Source: Natronospirillum sp.
Lineage (GTDB): Bacteria; Pseudomonadota; Gammaproteobacteria; Pseudomonadales; Natronospirillaceae
Assembly (NCBI GenBank): GCA_965602035.1
Contig: OZ271919.1
Span: 1,259,937 to 1,291,936 of the forward strand
Direction of reading: 5' to 3'
Length of the DNA stretch: 32,000 nt
Position 1 is the stretch's first letter; every line of letters starts with the position of its first letter. The notes beneath the pieces are model-generated. The model was not told the DNA's origin. It was given only the letters and a program-made list of their open reading frames with translations, and ran no database searches. Shown piece after piece: positions 9,149 to 17,839 of the stretch. Both the position numbers and the translations under genes were made by a program.

Positions 9149-9892
9149 TCAGGCGGCCTCGGTGGAAACCCTTTGGGATACAAACGCCCGTTCCTGCACG
9201 AATTCACCGGCTTCACGGTTGGTGCCGTGTTTGAATCCGGCGTCTTCCAGACGCTTGCGAATCTCCTGATTGAACGCCGGCGAGCCACAGATCATGATGC
9301 GGTCTTCATCGACATTCCACTCCGGCAGGTCGAGATCACGAAACACCTGACCATTGTCCAGCAGCTTCGTGATCCGGCCCTCGGTCCGGAACGGCTCCCG
9401 CGTGACCGTGGGGTAATAGCGAACCGGCAGGCTCTCCAGCAGCTCGGAATAGGCCAACTCAGATGCCGTGCGCACTGTATGCGTCACAATCACTTCATCG
9501 AACTTCTCGAAGGTGGCCGGATCACGAATAACCGACAGAAACGGCGCCAGCCCGGTCCCGGTCGCCAGGCACCACAGCCTTTTACCCGGCGTGAGGTTTT
9601 TCACCACCAACGTGCCGGTAGGCCGCGGGCTTACCTCAATCTCGTCGCCCGGCTGAATGTTCTTCAACTGCTCAGTCAATTCACCACCGGGTACCTTGAT
9701 CGACAGAAACTCCAAGTTATCCGCATCCGGCGCTGATACGATGCTGTATGCCCGCATCACATCGTCGTCGCCCATACCGATCATGGTGAACTGCCCCGCC
9801 TTGAACGGGCGCATGTCGTCGCTGCGCGTCGTGGTAAAGCTGAACAGAAAATCCGAGTAGTGTTTGACCTCCAGCACGGTCTCAAGATTCAT
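9149..9892 (-). CDS. fpr: Ferredoxin--NADP(+) reductase
   Basis: 247 aa resembling bacterial Fpr (FSFTTTR...FKAGQFTMIG...MRAYSIVS...LEFLSIKV, GTGLAPFLSVI NAD(P)-binding motif, C-terminal ERAFV). Confidence 0.9.
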   Translation of the reverse strand: MNLETVLEVKHYSDFLFSFTTTRSDDMRPFKAGQFTMIGMGDDDVMRAYSIVSAPDADNLEFLSIKVPGGELTEQLKNIQPGDEIEVSPRPTGTLVVKNLTPGKRLWCLATGTGLAPFLSVIRDPATFEKFDEVIVTHTVRTASELAYSELLESLPVRYYPTVTREPFRTEGRITKLLDNGQVFRDLDLPEWNVDEDRIMICGSPAFNQEIRKRLEDAGFKHGTNREAGEFVQERAFVSQRVSTEAA

Positions 9893-9990
9893 GGCTGACA
9901 GGGCCCTCCGTTGGGTCAGATTGCGTTGACGGCAGTGTACATAAATCCATCAACGATTGCATTTATTTACGAATGTTTCTCATTATCGAG

Positions 9991-10755
9991 TCAATAATTC
10001 GGCTTAAGCACGTCGGCGAGCTCAACCACACGCCCGACGATGATCAGCACCGGGCCATCCGCCAGCGCAAACACCTGTTGCGCCTCGGCCGCATGCGCCA
10101 GGTCTGACACCACGCGGCGTTCTGTGGCCCGCGCACCGTTCTGGATGAACGCGACCGGCAGGTCGCCGCGGGCACCCGCCGCCATCAACCCCCGGGCAAT
10201 CGAATCGATATGACTCAGGCCCATATAGATCACCAGCGTTTCCTGCTCGTGAACAAGGGCTTCCCACTGGGTATCCATCTGCTCAAGGGCCAGATGACCG
10301 GTCAGAAACCGCACCGTTCGCGCCACCAACCGATGTGTCAGTGGAATACCGGACGATGCCGCTACCGCACTCGCGCTGGTGATGCCGGGCACTACGTCAA
10401 ACGGCACCCCCGCTTCCGCCAGGGCCAACGCTTCCTCGCCACCACGCCCGTAGATATAGGGATCGCCTCCCTTCAACCGGCACACCACATACCCGGCCTG
10501 CGCCAGTTCAACCAGCCGGGCGGAAATGGAGTTCTGGGGAGTCGGGCAATGGCCACGGCGCTTGCCGACGTCCTCGAACACCGCGGTTTCACTGGCCATG
10601 GCCAGTATGTCCGGGTGCACGAGTGAATCGTACAGCACGTATTCGGCGTTCTGCAGACGCTCTACAGCCCGCAGTGTCATCAGGGAAGCGTCGCCGGGGC
10701 CCGTCCCTACCAGGGACACCCGACCCGCCGTCGATGCTGCTTCGCTATTCGGCAT
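9991..10755 (-). CDS. cobA: Uroporphyrinogen-III C-methyltransferase (SUMT, siroheme branch)
   Basis: 254 aa with VSLVGTGPGDASLMTLRAV...YDSLV and RLKGGDPYIYGRGGEE, the TP-methylase signatures. Last gene of the cysI-DUF934-cobA run; its start overlaps the DUF934 stop. Confidence 0.9.
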   Translation of the reverse strand: MPNSEAASTAGRVSLVGTGPGDASLMTLRAVERLQNAEYVLYDSLVHPDILAMASETAVFEDVGKRRGHCPTPQNSISARLVELAQAGYVVCRLKGGDPYIYGRGGEEALALAEAGVPFDVVPGITSASAVAASSGIPLTHRLVARTVRFLTGHLALEQMDTQWEALVHEQETLVIYMGLSHIDSIARGLMAAGARGDLPVAFIQNGARATERRVVSDLAHAAEAQQVFALADGPVLIIVGRVVELADVLKPNY

Positions 10756-11119
10756 TCAGCGTGTTTCCGAGCGTGCGCAACGGTGCCGGCTGGTAGCTTC
10801 CCGGGAACGGCGAGAGGTGTAACCGTTTGAGCTGAGTCAGCTCCTCATCGGTCAGTTCCAGCGCGTCGAAACCGCAGCGGAAACCGTGGGCCAGCCGGTC
10901 AAGCCCGACCGGGCCGACACCCACCAGACGCCCCCTGAACCCCCGGCTCAGCAGGCGTGCCGCCCAGGAAAACGCCCGGCCGTCCTTGTGCGAGTCGAAG
11001 AGCAGCACAACCGTGTCGGCATCCAGCAGATCGGCGAGCGGCGTATGCTCCATATCGGCCGCTGACTCAATGTCGGGAGCCGGCCCGATCACTGTCCCAT
11101 CTGTATCAATTAGTGGCAT
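10745..11119 (-). CDS. DUF934-family protein (sulfite-reductase-associated)
   Basis: The track ORF (10745..11170) is trimmed to the ATG at 11119 (MPLIDTDG...), which overlaps the cysI stop by 14 nt. The DGRAFSWAARLL...GFRGRLVGVG...RCGFDALEL pattern matches the DUF934 proteins found downstream of cysI in Pseudomonas. Confidence 0.7.
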   Translation of the reverse strand: MPLIDTDGTVIGPAPDIESAADMEHTPLADLLDADTVVLLFDSHKDGRAFSWAARLLSRGFRGRLVGVGPVGLDRLAHGFRCGFDALELTDEELTQLKRLHLSPFPGSYQPAPLRTLGNTLNAE

Positions 11120-12737
11120 AAACCACCTCCTTGAACGGCTCCACGCCAAGGCGTGCCACCGCATCCACAAACCATTCGTCGTCTTCGCGCTGTGCCAGAT
11201 AGAAATCCATCACACGGCGCACTGTCGGAATCACCTCATCTGCCGGTACCGCCGGGCCCAGCCGCTGACCGATCGCGGCGCCTTTCTGGTCGCGACCGCC
11301 CAGTGTGATCTGGTACCAGGGAGCCCCTTTCTTGTCGATGCCCAGAATTCCGATGTGACCGATGTGATGGTGACCACAGGCATTCATGCAGCCCGACATC
11401 TTGATCTCCACCGGGCCTATGTCGCGCTGTTCCTGAAGGTCGGAAAACTCCTGCTGCAGTTCTTCCGCCAGGTTCAGCGTCGGCGCATTGGCCAGGCTGC
11501 AGAAGTCGAGCCCCGGGCAGGCGATGGAATCCGAAATCAGCCCCCGGTTGGCAAACGCCAGCCCCAGTTCATTCAGCCGGTTATAGACGGCAGGCAGATC
11601 CCGTACCCGCACATGCGGTAACACCAGGTTCTGCTCGTGCGTCGTGCGCAGCTCACCAACGCTGTAGTGTTCAGCCAGGTCCGCGACGGCGTCCATGAGA
11701 TCCGACGAAATATCGCCGGGTGCGATGCCGGGCCGCTTGAGCGAAATCAACACCACACGGTGCCCCGGCACCCGGTGCGTCAGCGTGTTATAGCGATACC
11801 AGTGCGGGTCGACCACACCGTCTTCCGGTGCAGTCAGGTCCGGTTCCAGCTCGGTGCGGAACTGGTCAGCCAGCGCCTGCACAGCGTCATTGCTCACGAT
11901 CAGATCGTCCTGGCGGCTGGCCTCGTATTCGGCCACCACCCGCTCACGGAATGCATCAACGCCCAGGGCGTTCACCAGAATCTTGATCCGCGCCTTGTAC
12001 TTGTTGTCCCGACGCCCTTCCAGGTTGTAGACCCGCAGCGTGGCTGTCAGCCAGTTACGCAACTCGGCGACCGGCAGGTCGGTCAACAACTCCTTGCCGA
12101 TCACGGGTGTGCGGCCCAGACCGCCGCCTACCCACAGGTCGAACCGGAGCTCGCCGTTCACCCGTTTCAGGAACAGGCCGATGTCGTGCACCTCGATTGC
12201 CGCGCGGTCTTCATCGCCGGTCGCATTCACCGCAATTTTGAATTTGCGCGGCAGAAAGGCGAATTCCGGGTGGAACGTAGACCACTGCCGGACCAGCTCA
12301 CAGATCACCCGGGGGTCAATGGCTTCGTCCGGTACCGTCCCCGCCATCGGGTCTGTGGTCACGTTACGAATGCAGTTGCCGCTGGTCTGAATCGCGTGCA
12401 TCTGCACCTCGGCGAGCTCAGCCAGAATGTCGGGCACGTCCTCCAGCTTCGGCCAGTTCAACTGCATGTTCTGGCGCGTTGTAATGTGGCCATAGCTCCG
12501 GTCGTAGCGCCGAGCAATGTCCGCCAGCCGGCGCAGCTGATAGGCCGCCAGAGTGCCGTAGGGGATGGCGATGCGCAGCATGGGCGCATGGCGCTGAATG
12601 TAGAGCCCGTTCTGGAGCCGCAGCGCAAGGAACACGTCCTCGCTCAGGTCGCCCGCCAGATAGCGAGCGGTCTGCTCTCGGAACTGCTCAACCCGTGCGT
12701 TGACGAGTGCCTGGTCGGTATCAGTATATTGGTACAT
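11106..12737 (-). CDS. cysI: Sulfite reductase hemoprotein (nitrite/sulfite reductase family, 4Fe-4S/siroheme)
   Basis: 543 aa with cluster/siroheme Cys motifs (CPGLDFCSLANA, MSGCMNACGHHHIGHIGILG) and NIR_SIR ferredoxin-like repeats. Confidence 0.9.
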   Translation of the reverse strand: MYQYTDTDQALVNARVEQFREQTARYLAGDLSEDVFLALRLQNGLYIQRHAPMLRIAIPYGTLAAYQLRRLADIARRYDRSYGHITTRQNMQLNWPKLEDVPDILAELAEVQMHAIQTSGNCIRNVTTDPMAGTVPDEAIDPRVICELVRQWSTFHPEFAFLPRKFKIAVNATGDEDRAAIEVHDIGLFLKRVNGELRFDLWVGGGLGRTPVIGKELLTDLPVAELRNWLTATLRVYNLEGRRDNKYKARIKILVNALGVDAFRERVVAEYEASRQDDLIVSNDAVQALADQFRTELEPDLTAPEDGVVDPHWYRYNTLTHRVPGHRVVLISLKRPGIAPGDISSDLMDAVADLAEHYSVGELRTTHEQNLVLPHVRVRDLPAVYNRLNELGLAFANRGLISDSIACPGLDFCSLANAPTLNLAEELQQEFSDLQEQRDIGPVEIKMSGCMNACGHHHIGHIGILGIDKKGAPWYQITLGGRDQKGAAIGQRLGPAVPADEVIPTVRRVMDFYLAQREDDEWFVDAVARLGVEPFKEVVYATN

Positions 12738-13001
12738 AGCCGTCCGGTTTTAAGTGATTCGTTGAAAGACGGTCGGCGGCACGGTATCCCGCGTGATTAA
12801 ACACGCACCCGCGCGCAGCGGTTACCGCCGAATAACCGGCACTCTCGCAAACGGCACTTATAATATCCAATACTGTTTTTAAATATTTTTAGACCCAAAT
12901 AGCATTAAGAGGAACCCAGGATCAAAAAAAGCGGGCCGTTGTTGGCTGCGTCACCTGGCCGTACAATAGCGTATGAACTCAGGAATGATTCAGGTGATGT
13001 C
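12738..13001. promoter_or_regulatory. Divergent cysI / rfaH control region
   Basis: 264-bp non-coding gap between divergent genes. It contains the most AT-rich stretch of the window (about 12850..12935: CTTATAATATCCAATACTGTTTTTAAATATTTTTAGACCCAAATAGCATTAAGAGG). Exact promoters are not resolved. Confidence 0.4.
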
Positions 13002-13532
13002 ATGACCCGCCAGGAAGGTGACCCGACTACCGGACAATCCGGCCAGAACTGGTTTCTGGTGCAATGTAAGCCGCGCGAGTGTGACCGTGCGCGCCAGCAC
13101 CTGGAAAATCAGGATTACAATACGTTTCTGCCCATGCACAGCGTCAAACGACGCCGGCGGGGCAGAATCTATTACCAGCGCGAGCCGTTGTTCCCGCATT
13201 ACCTGTTCATGCGCACACCGCATGAGGCCAACTGGGCCGCCATCCGCTCCACTCGAGGTGTGGCCCGTATGGTCAGCTTCAACGGCGCACCGCAGCCGGT
13301 CGCCGACAGTATCGTGGAAGGGCTCCACCGACAGGTTGCCCTGCTGGACGGGGTTGAACCGGAACCGCTGTTCCGGACCGGTGAAAAAGTGACCATCACT
13401 GAGGGTTGCTTCCGCGAACTTGAAGCCATTGTCCAGTGCACACGAGGCGACGAACGCGTTGTGCTGCTTCTCAACCTGATGAACCGCGAACAACGGGTCG
13501 AACTGCCGATGGCGTCAGTCGCCGCCCGCTGA
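13002..13532 (+). CDS. rfaH: Transcription antitermination factor RfaH (NusG paralogue)
   Basis: WFLVQCKPRECDRARQHLENQ...EPLFPHYLFMR...IRSTRGVARMVSFNG...GEKVTITEGCFRELEAIV...VVLLLNLMNRE aligns along its length with E. coli RfaH as I recall it. I prefer the ATG at 13002 over the TTG at 12939 used by the ORF track. Confidence 0.85.
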   Translation: MTRQEGDPTTGQSGQNWFLVQCKPRECDRARQHLENQDYNTFLPMHSVKRRRRGRIYYQREPLFPHYLFMRTPHEANWAAIRSTRGVARMVSFNGAPQPVADSIVEGLHRQVALLDGVEPEPLFRTGEKVTITEGCFRELEAIVQCTRGDERVVLLLNLMNREQRVELPMASVAAR

Positions 13533-13553
13533 TCAGAGGAACGAATCCCCACC

Positions 13554-13871
13554 ATGGGCCTGCAGAGCGAATGGCAACGCATTGAAGAGCTGACCCGCGC
13601 CTACCATACCGCGGTCAGTGAAGAGCGGGCGGAAGCAGCAGCACTCTGGCACGAGCGCCAGCAGCGGCTGCAGTCGTTGCTCAATGAATCGGCGATGTCG
13701 GCGCTGAACGCGCGCGACCGACAATGGCTGGCAGAGCGTGTAGACAGCCTGCGTCAACAGGACGCCACATTGAAGGAAGCCCTGCAGAACGACCAGTCTG
13801 ACATCATGGGCAGACTGCGCCAGCAGGCAGGTAACCGCAAGGCCGCAGCGGCCTATAACAAAAACCGATAA
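13554..13871 (+). CDS. Hypothetical small coiled-coil protein
   Basis: 105-aa ORF 21 nt after rfaH on the same strand. Gln/Arg/Ala/Leu-rich and heptad-like, with no recognisable motif. Confidence 0.5.
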   Translation: MGLQSEWQRIEELTRAYHTAVSEERAEAAALWHERQQRLQSLLNESAMSALNARDRQWLAERVDSLRQQDATLKEALQNDQSDIMGRLRQQAGNRKAAAAYNKNR

Positions 13872-13881
13872 CCATCCTCGT

Positions 13882-13988
13882 ATCGCAGCCTTCGGCAGCT
13901 CCTACGGCAGGAGCTGCGGTACGCTGCGACCGGTGAGCCACGGTTTGTAGGAGCTGCGGTACGCTGCGACCAGTGAGCCACGGGGTGT
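13882..13988. repeat. REP-like cluster: 9-bp-stem hairpin plus 40-bp tandem duplication
   Basis: Hairpin GCAGCTCCT-ACGGC-AGGAGCTGC at 13895..13917. The unit AGGAGCTGCGGTACGCTGCGACC(G/A)GTGAGCCACGG... occurs at 13909..13948 and 13949..13988 (37/40 identical). 13882..13903 is a 22/22 reverse-complement match to 18099..18120. Confidence 0.85.
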
Positions 13989-14009
13989 ACATTACCAAAA
14001 GGGATACGC

Positions 14010-14897
14010 ATGACCACAAAAGGGAACTCGGAACTGCGCGGCATGCTCCTCGGCCTGACCGCCGTTCTGCTCTGGTCGACGGTGGCCACCGCCTTCAAAC
14101 TGGCACTGAACGCCTGGCCACTGCACGGAGTGCTCTGGGTTGCGACCTCGGTGAGTATCGGGGTCTTTGCAATTCTGCTGGGCGCTCAGGGCGTACTGTG
14201 GCGAGCGCTGAAACTGCTTCAGCGCTATTGGAAGCGCGCCCTGCTGCTGGGCCTGATAAACCCGGTGATCTACTACCTGGTGCTGTTCTCTGCCTACGAC
14301 CGGCTGTCGGCGCAGATTGCGCAGCCCATAAACTATACCTGGGCGTTCGTGCTCTCGCTTATCGCAGCCCTCTGGCACAAATCTCCTGTGCGGGTGCGCG
14401 ACTGGCAGGGCATGGTGCTTGGTTATCTCGGCGTCGTTGTGCTGGTACTGGGTGGCCAGGGGCAACTGGAAGTGAACGCCTTCGGTGTATTTCTGGCCAT
14501 TCTGAGTACCCTGTTCTGGGCGGGCTACTGGGCCGTCGGCATGCGCGATCGACGGCCCGCGCTGGTTGCCATGCTGCACCATTTCCTGTTCGCCTGGCCG
14601 GTACTGACGATCCTCACCCTGAGCCAGGGTATTGACTACCTCTGGACACTGCCGGAAGGCTGGGGCCCGGCGCTTTATATCGGCCTGTTCGAGATGGGGC
14701 TCGCGTTCGTGTTCTGGATGGCCGGTCTGCAACGGGTTACCAACACGGCGCGCATCGCCAACCTCATTTTCATCGCGCCGTTTCTGAGCCTGATCTGGGT
14801 AAGCTGGATACTCAATGAACCGATTGTCGCCACCACCCCGTTCGGCCTCGTGCTGATCCTGGCCGGTCAGTGGTGGCAGCACCGTCAGAGGTCATGA
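14010..14897 (+). CDS. DMT-superfamily (EamA-type) transporter
   Basis: 295 aa, about 10 predicted TM helices in two EamA-like halves (LLGLTAVLLWSTVATAFKLAL...). Confidence 0.85.
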   Translation: MTTKGNSELRGMLLGLTAVLLWSTVATAFKLALNAWPLHGVLWVATSVSIGVFAILLGAQGVLWRALKLLQRYWKRALLLGLINPVIYYLVLFSAYDRLSAQIAQPINYTWAFVLSLIAALWHKSPVRVRDWQGMVLGYLGVVVLVLGGQGQLEVNAFGVFLAILSTLFWAGYWAVGMRDRRPALVAMLHHFLFAWPVLTILTLSQGIDYLWTLPEGWGPALYIGLFEMGLAFVFWMAGLQRVTNTARIANLIFIAPFLSLIWVSWILNEPIVATTPFGLVLILAGQWWQHRQRS

Positions 14898-15320
14898 CGC
14901 GGCGTGAATCTCGTAATCATGCGTGATCTCAACCCCGCCCTTCTCCAGCATGATCGATGCAGAGCAGTACTTCTCGGCTGACAGCGCAACGGCACGCTTC
15001 ACCATGGCCTCTTTCAGATCGTTGCCGGTCACGATGAAATGCAGATGAATCTTCGTGAACACCGCCGGCACCGCATCGGCACGATCGGCCTTCATTTCCA
15101 GCCGGCAATCCGTCACGTTCTGGCGTGACTTCTGCAGAATAGACATCACATCAAACGCCGAGCAGCCCCCCAGGCCCATCAGCACCATTTCCATCGGCCG
15201 CGGACCACCATTCTCGCCACCGTGATCCGGCGGGCCGTCCAGCGTGACGGTATGGCCGGAGCCCGATGTTGCCTCAAAGCGGGCCTTGCCGGCCCAGTTA
15301 ATTGTTGCGTCCACAGTCAA
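14892..15320 (-). CDS. OsmC-family peroxiredoxin-like protein
   Basis: 142 aa with the OsmC/YhfA pattern (GGENGGPRPMEMVLMGLGGCSAFDV...EKYCSAS, two conserved Cys). Confidence 0.88.
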   Translation of the reverse strand: MTVDATINWAGKARFEATSGSGHTVTLDGPPDHGGENGGPRPMEMVLMGLGGCSAFDVMSILQKSRQNVTDCRLEMKADRADAVPAVFTKIHLHFIVTGNDLKEAMVKRAVALSAEKYCSASIMLEKGGVEITHDYEIHAAS

Positions 15321-15329
15321 CTCCTTGAT

Positions 15330-16358
15330 TCAGCGCTCTTCCAGGCGGCCGTCGGCGTGTTTCGCAAACCGGCCCCGGTGCTTCTCATGTACCTGATCGT
15401 TACGCGGCCACGGCCAGCCACCAAACTCATCCCGGCGAAAATCCGCGAATGCCTGATGAATCTCCGCTTCGGTATTCATCACAAACGGCCCGTATTTGGC
15501 CACCGGCTCATTGATCGGCTGCCCCTGCAGGACCAGCACAGCCACCGGTTCAGCCGAACGGTTGCGCACCGTCATATCGGCGTCCGGCACCAGCACGGCA
15601 CCCTGGTCCCGTTTCAGCGTGGTTTCATTCAGCACTGCCTCGCTGCCCCGGTAGGCATAGGCCACGCGATTCACGGTTTTACCGGCTTTCGGCAACGTCC
15701 ATTCGGCACCGGGCTCCAGCTCAATGGTCCATATGCCCACCTCGTTGGCCGGGTCCGCCGCCCAGGAGTCCGGCGGTGGCGGTGCCGCTCGCTGGCCCTC
15801 CGCTTCACCCGCGATCACGCGGATGTGAGCCTTTGCACCGCTGCCGTGCTCTACGGAGACAATGGGGGTATCTTCGCTCCAGAGCATGGCGAAATGGGGT
15901 TCCGTCATCTTGTCGCGGCCCGGGAGATTGAGCCAGATCTGGAACAGCTCCATTGTGTTGTCCCGATCATCACGCAGCAGCGGGAACATCTCGGAGTGCT
16001 GTACGCCCTTGCCCGCAGTCATCCACTGGGTATCACCCTCACCGTAGCGGCCGGCTGCCCCCATGGAATCTGCATGGTCCACAAAGCCCCGGGTTACCAC
16101 CGTGACCGTCTCGAAACCCCGGTGCGGGTGGGCGGGGAAGCCCGGTACCGTATCGCCGTGGTACATCCTCCAGCCATCCCGGATTTCGAAATCCATACCG
16201 ATGTTGCGTCCGGCCAGCAATGCCGGATCCGGCCCCATAGTGCCGTTGCCCTGCGGGAAATAATCTTCGTGATGCACACAGAACAGAAACGGGTCCAGCG
16301 TCTGCCAGGGAAATCCAAGGTCAACAACCTGCCTGATGGCGGGGTCTGAGCGAGTCAT
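15330..16358 (-). CDS. Pirin-family protein
   Basis: 342 aa with the bicupin pirin signature GFPAHPHRGFETVTVV...DHADSMG...GDTQWMTAGKGVQHSE. Lies 9 nt upstream of the OsmC gene on the same strand. Confidence 0.9.
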   Translation of the reverse strand: MTRSDPAIRQVVDLGFPWQTLDPFLFCVHHEDYFPQGNGTMGPDPALLAGRNIGMDFEIRDGWRMYHGDTVPGFPAHPHRGFETVTVVTRGFVDHADSMGAAGRYGEGDTQWMTAGKGVQHSEMFPLLRDDRDNTMELFQIWLNLPGRDKMTEPHFAMLWSEDTPIVSVEHGSGAKAHIRVIAGEAEGQRAAPPPPDSWAADPANEVGIWTIELEPGAEWTLPKAGKTVNRVAYAYRGSEAVLNETTLKRDQGAVLVPDADMTVRNRSAEPVAVLVLQGQPINEPVAKYGPFVMNTEAEIHQAFADFRRDEFGGWPWPRNDQVHEKHRGRFAKHADGRLEER

Positions 16359-16553
16359 GGCGATCTCCGTTTGAACGTTGGCTGCAACAATGGGGGCAAC
16401 CTAACTGTTTTGCAATATCAGGTTCCATTGACTCACATCAAGGGATTGCGGATGCAAAAACATTATGATGAACTTAACTAACACCTGTAGACGTTTAGAC
16501 GTTTCAGGAATAGTTGCCTTTTCCTCATTGCTATTTTCGTATGGATTACATGA

Positions 16554-16958
16554 ATGGCCAACATCACTATTGGTAACGTCGCGGAACTCACGGGCGTGTC
16601 CCGTCAGACCATCCGGCATTATGAAAAAGAGGGCCTGCTGCCCGAACCGGACCGCACACCCTCCAATTACCGGGTTTATACGTCCGACGTTATCGACCGC
16701 CTGATTTTCATTGTACACCTGAAGAACTGGGGGTTTTCCCTGGAGGAAATCCGGGACCTGCTGGTCCTTCAGGACGGCGCCAGCGATCGGGCCGAAGCCC
16801 GGAGAATCGCGCGTGAAAATCTGGAAAAAATTGATCGTCAGAAGCATCGCCTGGAACGCGTCGGCAAGGTGCTGTCAGAGGCACTGGCAAACCTGGACGG
16901 ACACGGCGACATGAAAGAAGGTGTGCCGCTGGTCGAAACCGTGGCCAACGCCGCCTGA
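16554..16958 (+). CDS. MerR-family transcriptional regulator
   Basis: 134 aa with an N-terminal MerR HTH (IGNVAELTGVSRQTIRHYEKEGLLPEPDRTPSNYRVY) and a coiled-coil dimerisation helix. No metal-binding Cys. Divergent from pirin-osmC. Confidence 0.9.
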   Translation: MANITIGNVAELTGVSRQTIRHYEKEGLLPEPDRTPSNYRVYTSDVIDRLIFIVHLKNWGFSLEEIRDLLVLQDGASDRAEARRIARENLEKIDRQKHRLERVGKVLSEALANLDGHGDMKEGVPLVETVANAA

Positions 16959-16962
16959 GGTC

Positions 16963-16979
16963 GCCCCTGTCAACGGGGC
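16963..16979. terminator. Small hairpin between the convergent merR-like and tus-like stops
   Basis: GCCCC-TGTCAAC-GGGGC (5-bp stem) lies exactly between the two stop codons. No U-tract, so it is weak as an intrinsic terminator. Confidence 0.3.
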
Positions 16980-17839
16980 TAACGGTATCGGAAGACCCGG
17001 AGCGAAGGCACGAAGGCGTCATCCTCCAGCTTCTGATCATTCCGCCGGGCGCGACGCCGCCCGGCGGGCGCCTCCTCCGGTGGTTGCACGACCTCCGGAA
17101 ACCGATAATCTGCTTCATCCGATACCGGGAAAAACACCGGCAATGCGGCATTGAACGCTTTCCTCGAGCCATCCTGAAAACGCACGTTCGCCCGAATCAG
17201 CGGCGCCTGCTGCTGCACCTGGGCAAGCTCCTCTGCCACCGGCAATTGCGCCACACGACGGTATTGGGTGGCGATATGCGGCTGATCAACGCCCAGGCGT
17301 TCCAGACGCTGCAACACGTCGTCACGCGTGAGTCGCTTGATCGAGCGGCCACTCTGATACCAGGTAAAGCTGATCCTCGCCGGCTCATCATAAAGAATGG
17401 GCACCTGCCGACTGAACTGTTTGATATGCAGGCGCACCAGCCCCGAATCGGTCAACTGCTCCTGAACGTGCGCAGCACGGTGGGCCAACCGGCGCGAGGT
17501 CTCGGGCCACAGTGCCGGGTTTGATTTTCGCTCGGCCAGCAACAACTGATGGAACTGGTGGCGCAGCGCATTGGCCCGGGCAACACCACGGAGCGTTTCG
17601 GGGGCTACCTTTGCTACGCCGATATGCCGCTGGGTAACGCGACCATCCTGGCCATCGCGATACCAGACATCACTCAGGCTGCTACAGAGGGCCTGCACCG
17701 TGTCATTCAGGTGGTCATGGCCCCACATCCAGCACTGCGGAATCTCGGCACGAATGCGGCTCTGCAGCGACTCGGTGACGGCGAGCCACTCGTCGAACAG
17801 TGCCTCGAGCCCGCCATGAGACCGGAGATCATGCGACAT
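16979..17839 (-). CDS. tus: Tus-like DNA replication terminus site-binding protein
   Basis: By-eye alignment to E. coli Tus recalled from memory: [34 protein letters not shown] vs [59 protein letters not shown] vs [26 protein letters not shown]; C-terminal VPSLRVFRY vs IPRLHLY. Length is similar (286 aa from the ATG at 17839). The track ORF extends to 17923, but that part overlaps dusA. Confidence 0.6.
   Translation of the reverse strand: [286 protein letters not shown]

Noticed and set aside
8695-9288. 197-aa minus-strand ORF and 140-aa plus-strand ORF (8812..9234) spanning tRNA-Phe and its downstream spacer.
   Set aside because: They run through a tRNA gene and its terminator, have no homology-like features, and overlap the fpr 3' end. 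I treat them as non-coding.
12853-12884. dif-like (XerC/D) sequence GGCACTTATAATATCCAATACTGTTTTTAAAT in the cysI/rfaH intergenic region, considered because a Tus-like gene is nearby.
   Set aside because: It matches only about 7/11 of the XerC arm. The XerD arm (TTATGTTAAAT) matches only if 2-3 extra bases are allowed, and the total length is about 32 nt rather than 28. It is more likely just an AT-rich promoter.
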